Source: Eledone cirrhosa (Eukaryota). From it: a stretch of 64,000 nt of DNA. Shown here in pieces: positions 12,311 through 26,390 of this stretch. The notes under the pieces are model-generated. The model made no database searches and was not told the origin of the DNA. It worked only from the letters and a program-made list of their open reading frames with translations. The stretch is from NCBI GenBank assembly GCA_964016885.1, contig OZ024742.1:332010001-332074000 (forward strand), in the 5' to 3' direction. The position numbers and the translations under genes were made by a program. Within the stretch, counting starts at the first letter, position 1; the number at the start of each line of letters is the position of its first letter.

Positions 12311-13441
12311 ATTCATAGATGGTTGACTCGAACATTGATCTACCAAGGATAGGTAACATAAACAACATTGATGTATGGACTTCCGTTAATTCTGTCATAG
12401 CAATGTCATAGATATTTATCGTCACAAATTTATAAATCAATATTACGCTATTGACATAGATATGTGTTGTAATTTTTGTCATTTTATGGATAGAAATGGC
12501 TATCTATGACCATTTTCAAAGCAACAGACAGGTGGGAAGGTATACGCATTCAGAAGACCTGACTTGAATGCTTTACGACAGTGTGGACTCTACAAAATGC
12601 ACTTAAGAGCCAGAGCATTACGTTAAAGCAGGTGACAAGTTAGATCCACTAATCAAGTAGTTCGCGGCGGGAAGATAGAAGGATTTAAACTAGATTAATA
12701 CAATCCCTATGCTGGTATTTCATTTACTGACTACGGAAGAAGGAAAGGCAATGATGGCTACAGAATGGTTTGAACACAGGACAAAAATGCTGGAAGAACA
12801 CAGCTCTGGCTACAATGCAATATATTTATATTTATCAATTAACACTTAAACATTGGTCAGAGTAGACCCACACACATATACCTTTCTAGGGCAGAAGCAT
12901 GCAGCATGCAGAAAAAAAATGACTCTACATATTCTACTATATTCCACAGTCTAATAAGGAAAAAAGTATCATAAAAACCTAATATATCACTTGTAGCAAT
13001 ATTCCAACTATTGACTTCTAACCATAAAATATGGAAACATTGCAAAACATCAAACGACTGAATCAACGATGAAGAATTATTGCGATAACATTCATATATA
13101 TTTGTTCAGCTATTACAGCTCTATGTCATTGATATTTGTTCATTAGTCAAAACACCAAATGAAACACTGTACGTTATATATAACACCGTATGCTGTGTAA
13201 CTATATCGTTCAGCTATATAAATATTCACTATACCTTCATTATATTAATATTTCCTACATATTACTACCAAACACTATATTTTCTTTCGGGTATACTTGC
13301 TCGCCACGTCGATGAATATTTGTATAGATATTTTTATTTTATGTGTAGAAATTTAGCAGTTTTTCTCATTTTCTCTATATTACTAGAAAACAACGATGCT
13401 ATCTGTTTATGCAGGTCATGCGGCAGGCCAGTCTTCAATAA
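12311..13441 (+). other. Candidate small spliced gene (exons 12311-12352, 12494-12539, 12890-12965, 13415-13441)
   Basis: AG/GT-bounded, phase-compatible segments give MVDSNIDLPRIEMAIYDHFQSNRQVGRAEACSMQKKNDSTYSTIFHSLIRKKVMRQASLQ*. Some donors are weak and no homolog is recognised. Confidence 0.3.
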
Positions 13442-14267
13442 GCATACATTGATATTATCTAGAAATATTTCCAACTCCATGTTCACCATCAATCATACTT
13501 TTGTTACATTACGTACTAACCCAAATCTATTCCAGAATTACATTATTTACGACAAATATATTATGTTTGCGTTTTACATACAGTAGATCTTTTTCTTCCA
13601 TATAGCCCACTCTTTTTTCTCTTTTTTCGGTGTGTATGTATATAAATGAGTGTATATGGGGGGAGTATGTATGTCTGTGTATGTATGTGTGTGTCTGTGT
13701 GTATGTAGGGTTGTTTGTAAGTATACAAATAACTATATAATAAGGACATGTATGTCTACGTATAAGTGCATGTGATATAAACCCACTTATATTAATATAT
13801 ACACACATGTATACATGTGGGCGTAATATTCCTCCTTGTGAGTGTGAAAACTGCATCATGCATTTTGTTTTAAATGATCTGATCACACACACGCACTTAT
13901 CTGATATGCGTGTGTGTACATATAATTTTATAACGATGTATATAGGTATTTATATGCATACATATTTGTATGTAAGTGTTAGTAATTTCTAATTATTTAT
14001 GGGAAAGAGTCGGCGAGAAGAGTAACCACGATTGAAAGGAGATAGATTTAGCCAAACTTCAGAAACAAGCTATAATCTTAATATTCAAACTTTATTACAG
14101 CTCATTAATTACTGTATGGGTGTGATTTTTCAAAAATATGCTTCTGTATATGAGAACGTTCATTTTTATACATACGTAAAGAGAATATTAACAAGTCAAG
14201 AGTTGAACTGTTCGTCTGCCACTGATTATATATGTATTTCATTTTATTTCTAATATTATATGAAATA

Positions 14268-14378
14268 ATTGTTTCTATTTTAGGCACAAGGCCAGCAATT
14301 ACCCAGTACATTACTGGTACTTTATTTTATCGACACCGTAAGGATGAAAGGCAATGTTAACCTCGGCGGGATATGAAA
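14268..14378 (-). mobile_element. SINE family A, partial
   Basis: Reverse complement of the family A core and tail. Confidence 0.8.
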
Positions 14379-14749
14379 TAATGTCAGATATATATGCATA
14401 TGTATGGATAAACATACAAATATATCGGCATGTGTTCCCAAACGCAAGTATATGTGTGTAACATAGTCATATATATGCATATTTATACAAACACATAAAA
14501 TGTATCAAACTGAGATATAGAACGTTCTATTTGTATGCTCTTGCTCTATAATATAATGATGTTAACACTTATACTTAGTCTTCTCGCCTATAATGTATCC
14601 TGCTAAATGTTCAAGTGAATAGGAATATATTTGTTTTAATCTTTATACACTCCAATGATACCAGACCTATATCTGGATGAAACAATCGTAAGCTATTAAA
14701 TGTTTTAAAGACAATTTGATTGCTATTTATGTTGTACATATATATATAA

Positions 14750-16860
14750 ACTTAAGAAAATTAACGAAAAGAGAACAAGACATCGAGCAATTTTGTATGG
14801 GGTAACCTACTTGCTTATGTCCTGTCTGTTTACTATTTGACCATTCGATGTTGTGTGGTTTCTTTATCTATAGGTTTAATGGCCGGGTCAAATTAGCCAA
14901 GATGCTATGTTCTTTTCGGTTGATTTATGGTTTTATCAAAAAATCTTCCTGAAACCGCAATGTTACTGTGAGAATCTTCTCTTTATTTCCGCATTTAATT
15001 ATGTATTTCCGAAATAGCTAGGGATTATTGGTGACGAGTTCCTTAAGTCGGACCGGACATTCAAGGGTCGAATTGTACAACTGATGTATAAATTGCTGCA
15101 TTTGTCACATTCTAGTATTTATTTAATGTAAGCTCGCTGGCTATATCTTGTGTTGCGCATTGGGCAGTTGCTAAGGGAGCACTTGTTATCTTAGTTTGGC
15201 GTTTTATTTTTCGATGGGCATCTTCGTACGGAGGCTCCCGAATAAGCCAAATGGATATCGACGCCTTCACTTCGGATGGCCCTGCAGATACCCTAGTATT
15301 TTTTTTCTTGGGGTGTAGGATCTTGAGGAATAAACTATCCAATTTGCTGTCCCATTTATTGGTTTGAACTTGATGCCCCATATTTTATTGTTGAAAGGAG
15401 TTGGATAACATTAGTTTTCAAACACTTTTCGGGTCGTTTTCTGATGCTTGACTATATTTCCGGCGCCACTGCATGTTTTTTGTATGAACGTGTCTTTGTT
15501 TTCTATGTAACTTCTTTCTGCATTGTTGTAGATGAAAGATTTGTAGTTAACGAGCAGGTGCCTGCAAGCCTTTTTGCGGTAGATGTCAGTGTTAATTTCA
15601 CTGCCTTTCATGATGTTGAGACGAAATATGAAAAGAGCAAGGGATCCGTGAGTATGATAATATAGTCCACATATCTCATAAAGAACGCGATATGGCAATG
15701 GCAGCTTTTGACAGATTGTGTTCAGGTTAGTCCATGTGCGATGGGAACAATACACCCAACAGGCTGTATAACATGGTTAATCCTGAGGTCTGGCAATACG
15801 TTTGACCGAGAAAGTAGAACATATTGATGATGACAACGGATAGAAGCTGGCGGGTTTTTATAGGGGTGAGTCAAAAGCGTTGTGAATTGAGAGACTTGGC
15901 GCATTCTGTCTGTATATGTCTTACCCGGAGTGCGAGTACTGTGGTGCATAAGGAGACCACATTGAAGCGGAGGGTATTCCTGTTTTCTAGTGGGTGTCAA
16001 GGTCCAATTGATGGATTCGTTTGATGATTTCTTCCGAAATGTTAACATGGACCCGAAAGTTACCTTATATTAATTTTAGGATCATGGATAGTATCTACGA
16101 GATCTTCCACATTGGATATCATTGGTTTGAATTTTTAAACGGATCCTTGTTTGTGGGACATTATGAGGTAGTTATTGGTGGGTAGCCTACTGCTCCTCGT
16201 TAAATATTTGTTAACCTCTTTAAGAGTCTCCACATGTCACAGAGGTTGATCCTAGTGATCTTAATTAGTTCCTCGATTTGCATGGATGTGACATTTGTGA
16301 CCTTATTGTAAAGACTGATATCATCAAAGAGTCAATGAGCTAACGTATAAACATCTTTGTAGATTAGGAAGAATACCTTTACTTTGTGGAAGGGCAGGTA
16401 ATCAAGGTTATTTGACTTCAGGTCTTTTAAAATGTCATGTTGTGATCTAGTGAGATTGTGGGGCCTGAAACTGTATATATTTGTGTCTGTGTGTGTGTGT
16501 GTTTGGTCTACAAGATGTTCTATAATGGTGTCTTTTAATCTGGCAAATTTTTGACGAGGCCATATTCATAGTGTTGAGAGAAATGTGGTTGGTCATGGTA
16601 GTAGCTGAGAAATCTGATATACATTGTTGTGGCATTGATAGTCTCAGTCGCATTAAGTCATTAAAGCAGCCATTTAAGTCCTGCTCATTAACACCCCCCC
16701 CCCCCTTAGGCGCCCATCGAATGTTCTCAGTCGCGAGTCCAGCACGAAAGGAAGCGATTAAAATGGATATTTGAATGGATCCTTAACCGCACTACCATCA
16801 ACAATCGAGAAGAGATAAAATAAAAAATGTACATTCACCCATCCGTATATATATATATAT
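14750..16860 (-). mobile_element. Decayed Penelope-like element (RT + GIY-YIG)
   Basis: Minus-strand remnants YCQTSGLTM (RT motif B region), DIYRKKA (thumb) and ECDKCSNLYISCTIRPLNVR (GIY-YIG). Bounded by TA/TG microsatellites. Confidence 0.7.
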
Positions 16861-16906
16861 GGGTGTGTGTGTGTGGGTTTGCGTGTGTGTGTGTGTGTGT
16901 GAATGC

Positions 16907-17010
<104 letters not shown>

Positions 17011-17429
17011 TGTAAAGATGCTAGCATTTCTGAAGCAGTAGGAAGTCACAACATCGTTACTGGTACAACAAATTAGGTATCTCGTATACAATATATCTAC
17101 AATATATAATTAGTAAGAAGGCTGAAATATTACTATATTTTCGCAATATTTAGTTCTACTAAATATATGTATATATATATTTAGATATAATGTATATACA
17201 TATATATATATTTGTGTGGGTGTATATATGTGTGTGTGTGTTTGAGTGTGTGTGCGTGCATGAATATATGTATATATATATTCAATTGAAGAAAAGTGTT
17301 TGATTGAAAATCTGCCGACATTTTCTTAACAGATGTAAAGTACTCGACGATGTTTGTACTTCTGGAGTTTTATTATAATAATAAACAAGAAAGACGGTTT
17401 CATTTGTACATCTCTATTTACTTTGGTAT

Positions 17430-17540
17430 ACGTATTTTAGGATTATGGATAGAATCTACGTGATCTTACACATCGGATATGATTGGCTTGAATTTTTAAT
17501 CGGATCCTTGTTTGTGGGACATTATGGGGTAGTTAATGTA
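17430..17540 (-). mobile_element. Short second fragment of the same PLE family
   Basis: Diverged copy of 16075-16180 (ttttagga..atggatag.atctacg.gatctt.caca..ggatat.attgg...cggatccttgtttgtgggacattatg). Confidence 0.75.
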
Positions 17541-18841
17541 TAACAACTGCCTTACGTGATCTCTTCAGACAAAAATCCAAACAAGATGTAAATATCCATT
17601 GATATGTTACCAGTCATACGCGTTATTCACATCACCGACCAGTAAGCATATGTCCGAAATTCTCAAGTAGCAGTTCTTGGAGGATAAATATTCCAATTGG
17701 CGTTGATGCTTGTGAACTGGCTAGGGTATCAAGTTACCATATTGGTCGCTTGATTCATGGTGAGGCATGTATGAACTGTTAGTCTATTTTTCTTTTGTTA
17801 TACTAGATGTATCTAAATATTAATAATTGTTTAATTCATTATTTGGTGGTCTATTAAACATTATATATCGTAGATACGAACATGTCACCTTAGGCAGTGT
17901 AAATTTAATGCATCTCACCGGGATATATAACCACTGAAAGTATACAACGTATTAATGTGTTTGTGCGTGTAATTTTGAATGTGTGTATTCAGATTGACGT
18001 CATTATAATTGTGTCCCCATGGTTTAAATCTTCTAATGAGATAAAAATTGATCCATCTATATTCATCCCATCTTACTTTCAAGCATAATCTATTTGGAAT
18101 TATTTAATGAATTCATTCCTATTTTTAGTATATAGAATGATCATGTATTAGGAACATGTATTTTGTTGTGCTTTATATTTCCATCTGCTTTCTATTAAGT
18201 TCTTTTTCAAAATGATCCATTATATTTGAACGAATTACCTCTGTAGTTATTAAGCTTTTGTGTGCATAGGGAAGAACATCCAAAATTAGTGTGGTGTTTC
18301 ACTTTGCTAAATGACCCAAAAGGTTACTCTTCCCATCAGTAGATCACTCTAGTCGTTAAACCTTAGTTGACGCCTAAGGGTTCTTTGAAACATATCGCAT
18401 TAAATCAAACAATCAAATTAATGTTATTATATGGAGACACTGATCCAGCAGAATCCTAATTAAACTCCATGCTCTAACCGACATTTGTTCTCCTTATAAT
18501 GAATTGAATCGCAAATTGTTTGAAATCAGATTAGACTTTGCATGTTGAAAATGTTTCTATGAATAATTTATATGATTCAGTGGTTTGGAGGTTAAAGAAG
18601 AAACATCGTATTTTCAGAGTTTCTTCACGTTGACATATGTGTCCACAAGCTTTATGAAATATCTATTTCTTCTTTAAAATATATTTTTCCAGAACATTAA
18701 TCACTTCATGTGAGAGTATATATTTACGTCTACAATGTGTTCCATATGGCACACTTTCCTATCGCGATTAGCTGTCTTGTTCATGGAAACGAATTTGTAC
18801 TCTTGCTGGATAAAAACATTAGTATATTTAAACTAAAAATA

Positions 18842-19214
18842 ACTGTTTCTACTGTTGGCACAAGGCCAGCAATTAATCCAGTGTATTACTGGTACTTTAT
18901 TTTATCGACCCCATAAAGATGAAAGGCAAAGTTAACCTCGGCAGGATATGAACTCAGACAATAAAGGGCCGTAACTCTTTGATTGCAAAGCATGGCGTCT
19001 GACCCTCTACTGATACTGCCAATCCACCGCTCATTTAAACTAAACATAATTGTTTCTACTTTTTTGGCATAAGGCCAGCAATTATCCCAGTCTATTACTT
19101 GTACTTTATTTTATCGACCCCGACGGCGGGATTTGAACTCAGTCAGTAAAGGGACGTAACTGTGCTGCAAAGCATGGGATCCGACCCTCTACCAATACTG
19201 CCAATCCACCGCCC
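18842..19214 (-). mobile_element. Two tandem SINE family A copies (~18842-19033 and ~19047-19214)
   Basis: A-box/B-box head (rc of tactgccaatccaccgc and atttgaac) plus the shared core. Confidence 0.85.
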
Positions 19215-19333
19215 TAAAAATAATGATTATATCATACTGACATCCAGAAATAAATTTCTTAATGTTAGGTAAAACCAAAGTGTATATATATATAACTATA
19301 GATGCGTAGATATAGATGTTTACATATACCCAT

Positions 19334-19414
<81 letters not shown>

Positions 19415-19417
<3 letters not shown>

Positions 19418-19554
19418 TACGCAACCTGGCCACTGAAATGTGCATAGTGTTTACGATAATAAAAATTAAGGAAATTCAACATATTTGGCCTCCTGACATT
19501 TCACTTTATATATATATATATATATATATGTGCGTGTGTGTATGCATTTGTGTA

Positions 19555-19627
<73 letters not shown>

Positions 19628-19705
19628 GAATGTCAGGAGGCCAAATATGTTGAATTTCCTTAATTTTTATTATCGTAAACACTATGCACAAGTCAGTTGC
19701 GTAAT

Positions 19706-19749
<44 letters not shown>

Positions 19750-19762
19750 ACTCACACTCACA

Positions 19763-19817
<55 letters not shown>

Positions 19818-20133
19818 GATATTAAACAAATGGAAACTATATTTATAAAACCATATTTATTTCATTATACATATTTCGGGGATACCATATTAAAAATATG
19901 GCATGCCTTCTTCAAATATGGCATGTCTGCTTATATATTGTGTTTTATCTGAAGAAGGCATGCCATATTTTTAATATGGTATCCCCGAAATATGTATAAT
20001 GAAATAAATATGGTTTTATAAATATAGTTTCCATTTGTTTAATATCGTATATCTACTCCAAAACTTGTTGAGTGCTTTATATCAGTTATAAAATATTTAC
20101 TCGTTGTAACCCAACAATTTTAAATAAAACTTT

Positions 20134-20175
<42 letters not shown>

Positions 20176-20310
20176 CATAAAGAAACTACTCACGGGAATA
20201 AAAATAAGGTGGACGTACTTAAAAAGAATTTGCCAACGACCGCTATGAGGAAAAGAACACCATATCTTCCAGATACCATATACCACATGGCGATCGTTGG
20301 CAAATTATTT
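19415..20310. repeat. Cluster of three inverted repeats beside (TA)n
   Basis: 19415-19510/19620-19706 around a (TA)n spacer, 19815-19914/19950-20049 (100-bp arms, apparently perfect) and ~20226-20248/20286-20306. Confidence 0.85.
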
Positions 20311-20329
20311 TTCCGTCTTTTAAAGATCT

Positions 20330-21450
20330 TCAGCCTATTTCATAAACAATCTTCATAGCATGTCTGCGCTTCAGCACTTTCTTTATACATATAAATATAT
20401 GTGGGCTATAATCCCCACACATTTTACAACACCATTAACATTACTATCTTACACCACCACACATATATATATGTACACTTGTACATCAGCGTGATCACGC
20501 ATCACCAATACTCAACCACAACCAACTACACCACCATCAATACCACCAGCACTACCACAACAACCACCTACACCACCAGCACCACCAAAACCACCAACAA
20601 TACCATCCGTATCAAATTGCCCTGGTACCACACACTCTGCAGACCGATTCACTCCGACACCCAGCACTTTATCTATCTTCTCCTTCACCCACCATACACT
20701 CCTTTAACCTACGTCACCTACCCTCTATTTGGCCTCTGAATATAACACCCCACAACACCCCAATTCTTCCCTTAGTAATATGCCACCACCATCACCTACA
20801 CACACAGAAATACGCACGTATACAGACCTACACACTTCCTGTGGCTACCACTATCCACAATTTCTTTAACTTCCATTCTACACACAGCCATTACTTACTC
20901 CGCACTTATCAAGCTGGAATCGAAATCCCATCTCCGACCACACTAGATACGTAAACTCACCCCACGCCTTCCGCACACACACAATGCACACGCATACACC
21001 AATATATGCAACCAGACAATATACACAAATAACGAAACATCCCTGCCAAACACACATACTAACATACACACGTGCACATACATGCACACATTCGTACACA
21101 GTGATGCGGATGTATATGTATGTAAACATATCCATAAGGGTGCATATTGGCGAGAATGCTAACACAAGTGTACATACATTCACACACACCTACTTCCACT
21201 AACAACAAAATTATCACAGACACGCGCGCATCCTAATATGCATATAACCTACACGTAACCACACATGTCTGCACCCCTCATCTCGACCCACGCACGCTGG
21301 TCCATCACTACTTTCCCTCCTCGCCCTCTCCTTGTAATTTATTTTTTTCTTTTATGCCTTTCCTTTTGTGATTTTCCTGATGAGGGCATATGCTCGAAAC
21401 ATCGACTATGTTATTTATTGACTTTCTTCTAAGCGGGAAACAAATATGAC
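20330..21450 (+). mobile_element. Probable PLE 3'-UTR/pLTR remnant
   Basis: CA-rich low-complexity tract ending in a degenerate HHR core ctgatgagggcatatgctcgaaacat (~21378), between (TA)n runs. Confidence 0.4.
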
Positions 21451-21699
21451 TTCATTTTCTTGCATCCTCTTGGTTGTCCTTTTCTTGTTTCCTTGATATA
21501 TATATATATATATGGGAGGGGCGTAATTCAGAATTTCTGAATATAATCTGAAACAAATCTCTGTCTTTAACCGCGACTGACTTCTTCACAACATGTGTGC
21601 CTGCGTTCAAACAGACGATCACCTCCCCTAAACTCTCTATCCTCCTTCCTCTCTCAATTATTCTCACATTTTTTTTATTATCATTATTACTTTGATCTC

Positions 21700-22240
21700 A
21701 TCTGTCATTTTCAGGGGACAGCATTTTAAAGAACCTAGGTTAAAATATTGTGTTCGTATTGACATCCTCAAAGCCTTCGACCTCAAAGCCTTTTATGTGA
21801 AGCTCCGTGCAATGTTTTATCCATCCATCTCTCATTTATTAGATTTACGTTATCCATCATATGTCTTAACATTTTGCAATGTCTCGATAGTGTGTAACAT
21901 TCCCTACCATCATATGATAAGTCTGAAATAATTATCCGTGACTAAAATGGCAATGGTATATTTAGCAATTGACATAAAAAGTACAGATTAGCAGAAATTG
22001 AATCTGAATATATAAACTGAAAATATATTTCACCATTCTCGTCTACGAGTTACGAAACCCATACTATCCCATAAAATAATTTAAACTCAGAGATTGATAA
22101 GCTCCTAAATCTGGTTTCTGACATATTTTACCCTTAGAATTGCATTTTCCGCTACGCACCCAACTATCACACATCAATTCATTTGATAACTCATAACGCC
22201 ATACTACCTGTCCATCGATTTTTGTAAGCCCACAACGCAG
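21700..22240 (+). mobile_element. Highly decayed LINE RT remnant
   Basis: ORF 21692..21931 contains VRIDILKAFD, resembling the LINE RT D..KAFD motif. Confidence 0.35.
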
Positions 22241-22689
22241 TTATGTGGCAATAATGTTTAGTAATTTATTTAGTGATCGCAGAAAATTATTATATATTTA
22301 ATATAAGTAAAAAGAAAATTTCTATGAAATATTCACATTTCAGTTTCAGTAATGCACTTCAATGAGATATGCGGTGTAATGGTTTTACCGATGATAATTG
22401 CATTTGTGTATTTATCGAAGTAAACAATTATAGATGTTAACGTATGTGTTCAATTATCGTAATAGGTATAAACAGTTCTTTAAACATACTGACAGTATAC
22501 ATATGTGCGATCCAAGAAATATACTCAAGGCTATTTTTCAGGACTGTCTCTCACAGAATTTGTTCAAATAAAACATTTTATATTATATTTCCAAGATGTA
22601 CATAATTTTCCTTTTTATGTGAAAAAACAATGAAACACGGTGTGTGTATCACACCACAGTAAAGATGAAAATAATAATTGTAAAAATAT

Positions 22690-23470
22690 AATAATAATTA
22701 TTTTTTTATTGGCATCAAGGGCCTACATAAAGTGGATGAAATAAAGACAGGGACAGTGGGTGTTTTCAATGAATTCGAGTAAAATTCGAAGATATCAAAA
22801 ACAATTAACAACAAAATTATAACAAAATAAATTCCGCTATATGGGAGATAATCACACAGGAGCAAATCATGTACCCCACCAATCCTGAACCATCCGACGC
22901 TTCGAGGTAAACCGGGAAGGATACCGCTCTCCTCCTCAATTCAACCAGACTACAGGTGCATGCTCAGAGCAGGCCCATTGAAACGAACCTTTCTCGTTAC
23001 AATTTTTGCAAATGTATGGGGGCATCAATTTCCTCTCCGCCCTAAAATGCAACTTCAAACAATTGATGAAGGATTTGTCAAAGAGAAAAGGGTCTGGCTT
23101 CATTGCTTTCAACATGGTCCGCAACACAACCTCTTTCGCTACAGCGAAAGATGCGCGTTCGTCACGTCCACTCGACCTTCCAGTGACTACTTCCTCTCGG
23201 ACAATTTCTGGGAGTGAGTCGCTACCCAATTCGTAATCTCATGAACAATAATTATACACCTGGAGGTCTGGAAAGAAATTGATCTCGAGCAACTTTACTG
23301 GGCCGTCCGCCCAGCACCCGTCGACGCTGTTGAACTGCATGAATCTGCCGGTCCAGATTCCAAGGTGCAAGTCCACCGACACGTCCGTGTATAGTTTTGC
23401 ACCCACAACCTTTCATATTCCCCTAAGAAGGTGCCGACCTACTTGATTTCCGAAATGGTCGACATCATAA
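22690..23470 (-). mobile_element. Tx1-family 3' fragment with internal deletions
   Basis: rc tail ggcccttgatgccaataaaaaaat(aat/tat)n. ORF 22936..23229 VAKEVVLRT..K..K.D.FLF..S.IN..KLH is homologous to 7553-7933 and 11480-11794. Confidence 0.8.
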
Positions 23471-23479
23471 CAAGTGATT

Positions 23480-23770
23480 GGCCTGCTGTGAGTATTTGCC
23501 TATTGATTGAGGGTGAAAAACTAGGAGAGGGCACTTGCACTGGTGGTCACGGACACTTTGGTAGGTTTTCTCCATGAGTGACCATCGGAAGTCATACCTC
23601 CATATGGAATTTTCCTTTCATATTATTTTTTGTTAAGTCCTTTAATCTTGTTTTTTTGTTTATACACGCAGAAACCCATATTTGTACCACCCTGTGCTGT
23701 TCTTAATGTATTTCTTGTAAACCTTTTTGTGGTTAATAAAAAAAGCATTATTATTATCATTATTATTATT
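23480..23770 (+). mobile_element. Tx1-family 3' UTR/tail
   Basis: ggagagggcacttgc.ctggtg... matches 8010-8290 and 9600-9850. Ends aataaaaaaagc(att)n. Confidence 0.8.
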
Positions 23771-24807
23771 ACTCTACAGGCAATAGCAGAAAAATCTGAA
23801 TATAATCAAATATCAGATAAAACGGATCCATGTTGAAACATTTTGCAAGGATTAACAAATACAGAGGAAACTTATTTGAGATACATTCTATTAAACTTAA
23901 CAACGAATATCGTATGAACAAAAGTTATGAAGCATCACGAATAGAAAGAAATGTGTAAAGACCGACATATATATAAAAATAAAGGATCAATGAGAAGTCA
24001 GGAAAATAGAAAAAAACATGCCCACAGCGGATCAAAGATTATTTATAAAAGAATGTTTGAAAACATTCAAACGAATATCCATTAACAATTGAGCTGTATC
24101 GAAAACAGCAAAACAGTGAAGTGCTAGATACAACGCAGCTCATTCATGATTCATAAATCCTTTAGATTAACGAACTAGAACTTAAATTTGTTGAATACCT
24201 GTTACAACGTTTATGTATATACATGAAAAATTCAATAATCTAACATCAGGTATATTAACATATGCTATCCGTATTCACACTCGACAAGTTGTATTGGTCA
24301 GCAACTAGAAAAGGGCATATCATTATTAAGGACAAAAGTTATAACACCTTTACATAGAAATCCTATGTAGATAAAATTATAAATAAACATTATTTCATTA
24401 ATTCTGGTGAGGAAAATACTAACTTTAATGTTAGCTGGTGCGATGTAATTCTTTGTGGAAGACTTAAGAGACTCAGAAATAATGTTTAAAGAGATCTCAC
24501 TGAACAAGTGATATACTGTGTATGAAATCATATCGAATGGTGAGTCTAGCGATGGAATGACCGACAAGAAATAGCATATATAATAAGACATCCATTCCTA
24601 GTTATTCCCACCTTTTTGACACTTTATTAATATAAGCCACATTACCTCCTAACCATGTATAATGAAGAAAATACAAAACTAATTTTCATGAATGAATTAA
24701 CAGGTTTATCCAAACACCTGATGCAGCTCGGTTCTAAATACACACGAGCAATATTTTCTGGGGATATATTTAGATCGATTTGGATATTGTGAAATATATT
24801 GATTTTC

Positions 24808-24945
24808 TTAGATAGGCAAGGTCGGCAATTTTGGCGGAGAGAAAAGTCGATTAAATCGAGCCCACTGCGTGACTGGTACTTTATTTTATCGACTCTGTAA
24901 GGATGAAAGGCAAAGTTAACATCAGCGGGATTTGAAGTCAGATCA
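24808..24945 (-). mobile_element. SINE family A, partial
   Basis: rc of the core and B-box. Confidence 0.8.
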
Positions 24946-25813
24946 TGAGGAAAGATTGCTAAAATTACATTCCAGGCAGACGTTTCAGCGATCAAAAATG
25001 TGGGCGAGAAGAATTGTAAATACATAGCATATAAATTTAGAGAAATGTTAAAACAGGATGAAGAAAACCTAAGAAATAAAACTAAATGGAAGTAACAACA
25101 TTAAAGAATGTATAAATCTCAAACATTGAATATTCTGTAGTTTGTCTACATTTGAAATAAAATAGATTTAACTGATATACTGCAATATATGTGGCCTATA
25201 TATATATATGTGGCCTAGATATATATAATAGCGTTACAAGATAACAATGTCTACATTGTTATCTTGTATATAACAAAAATTATCACTGCATATAACAAAA
25301 ATGCCAGACAGCGAGAATGAACGCTACTTAAAAAATACAGTGAACTTGCTAATTATAGAACTATGGTTGAAAGAAAATGAAAAGAGAAACGTATCACAAC
25401 CTCCCAAATCATTGGAGAATCTCCAGAAGAAAGGAGAAAATTACATAGAAAATCACAAAAAAGCAACAATAGTAAACTTCAAAGAAAAGAGTATTAAATT
25501 GTCAGTTTAACTGACAAATGTAAAAGAATCTTCAGATTGGTTCAAAGATAGAAAACTAAAGAGGCACCATAACCAAACCAATAACCAAAAAACAACTGTT
25601 TGATGAAATACTAAATTAAAAATAATGGTTGATGTTTGTTAAATTTTATTGTAACGTATGTTGGTGGGTTCTGTTCAGTAACAAACATTCCCACAGGAAA
25701 AACACGACGTGAGGGCAAATAATACTTGGAGATATAAGGACAGTGTTAGTAGATAATGATTGTGCGTCAAAATAAAGGTTGTACGGTATTATTTCTCTAT
25801 ATATATACAAAGA

Positions 25814-26390
25814 GAGGTGGATTGGCAGTATCGGTAGAAGGTCGGACGCCATGCTTTATGGTCTGAGTTCAAATCCCGCTGAGGTTAACTTTGCCTTTCA
25901 TCCTTACGGGGTCGATAAAATAAAGTACCAGTAATGCACTGGGTAACTGCTGGCCTTGTGCCAAAAGTAGATACAATTATTTCTCTGTAATACACTGGAT
26001 TAATTGCTGGCCGTGTGCCAAAAGTAGAAACAATTATTTCTCTGTCCCAGGTCGGCGGATTGGCAGTAACGGTAGAGCGTCGGACGCCACGCTATGCAGC
26101 ATAGAGTTACAGACATCTATGATATTTTTTCAAATCCCGGCGAGGTTAACTTTATTTTCATCCTTACGGGGTCGATAAAATAAAGTACCAGTCACGCACT
26201 GGATCGATTTAATCGACTTGCCCCTCCCCCAAAAAATTGCTGGCCTTGTGCCTATATAAGAAACCGTTATTTCTCTGTCCAATTTATTAATAAATGTTCC
26301 ATTCTATCACCACTTACTGGCATTTTATTTACCGAGCCCTAAAAATGAAAAGGGAAATTAGCTTCGGAAGGATTTGAACTCAGCGCACCA
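25814..26390 (+). mobile_element. SINE family A cluster: two + copies (the first with a ~56-nt duplicated tail) and a degenerate - fragment
   Basis: Heads gg.ggattggcagta.cggtaga at 25816 and 26054, the shared core, and a tail repeat at ~25932-26044. Confidence 0.85.

Noticed and set aside
12494-12902. Resemblance of YDHFQSNRQVGRAEA to the PKI motif YADFIASGRTGRRNA
   Set aside because: The essential RR pseudosubstrate pair is missing, the match is short, and it depends on an unproven splice.
21370-21420. Functional hammerhead at ctgatgagggcatatgctcgaaacat
   Set aside because: Stem I cannot be paired, so it is kept only as evidence of a PLE remnant.
25040-25620. A-rich ORF 25301..25510 as a host exon
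   Set aside because: No convincing splice sites. The composition and a …SDWFKD… remnant point to very decayed PLE sequence, too weak to annotate.
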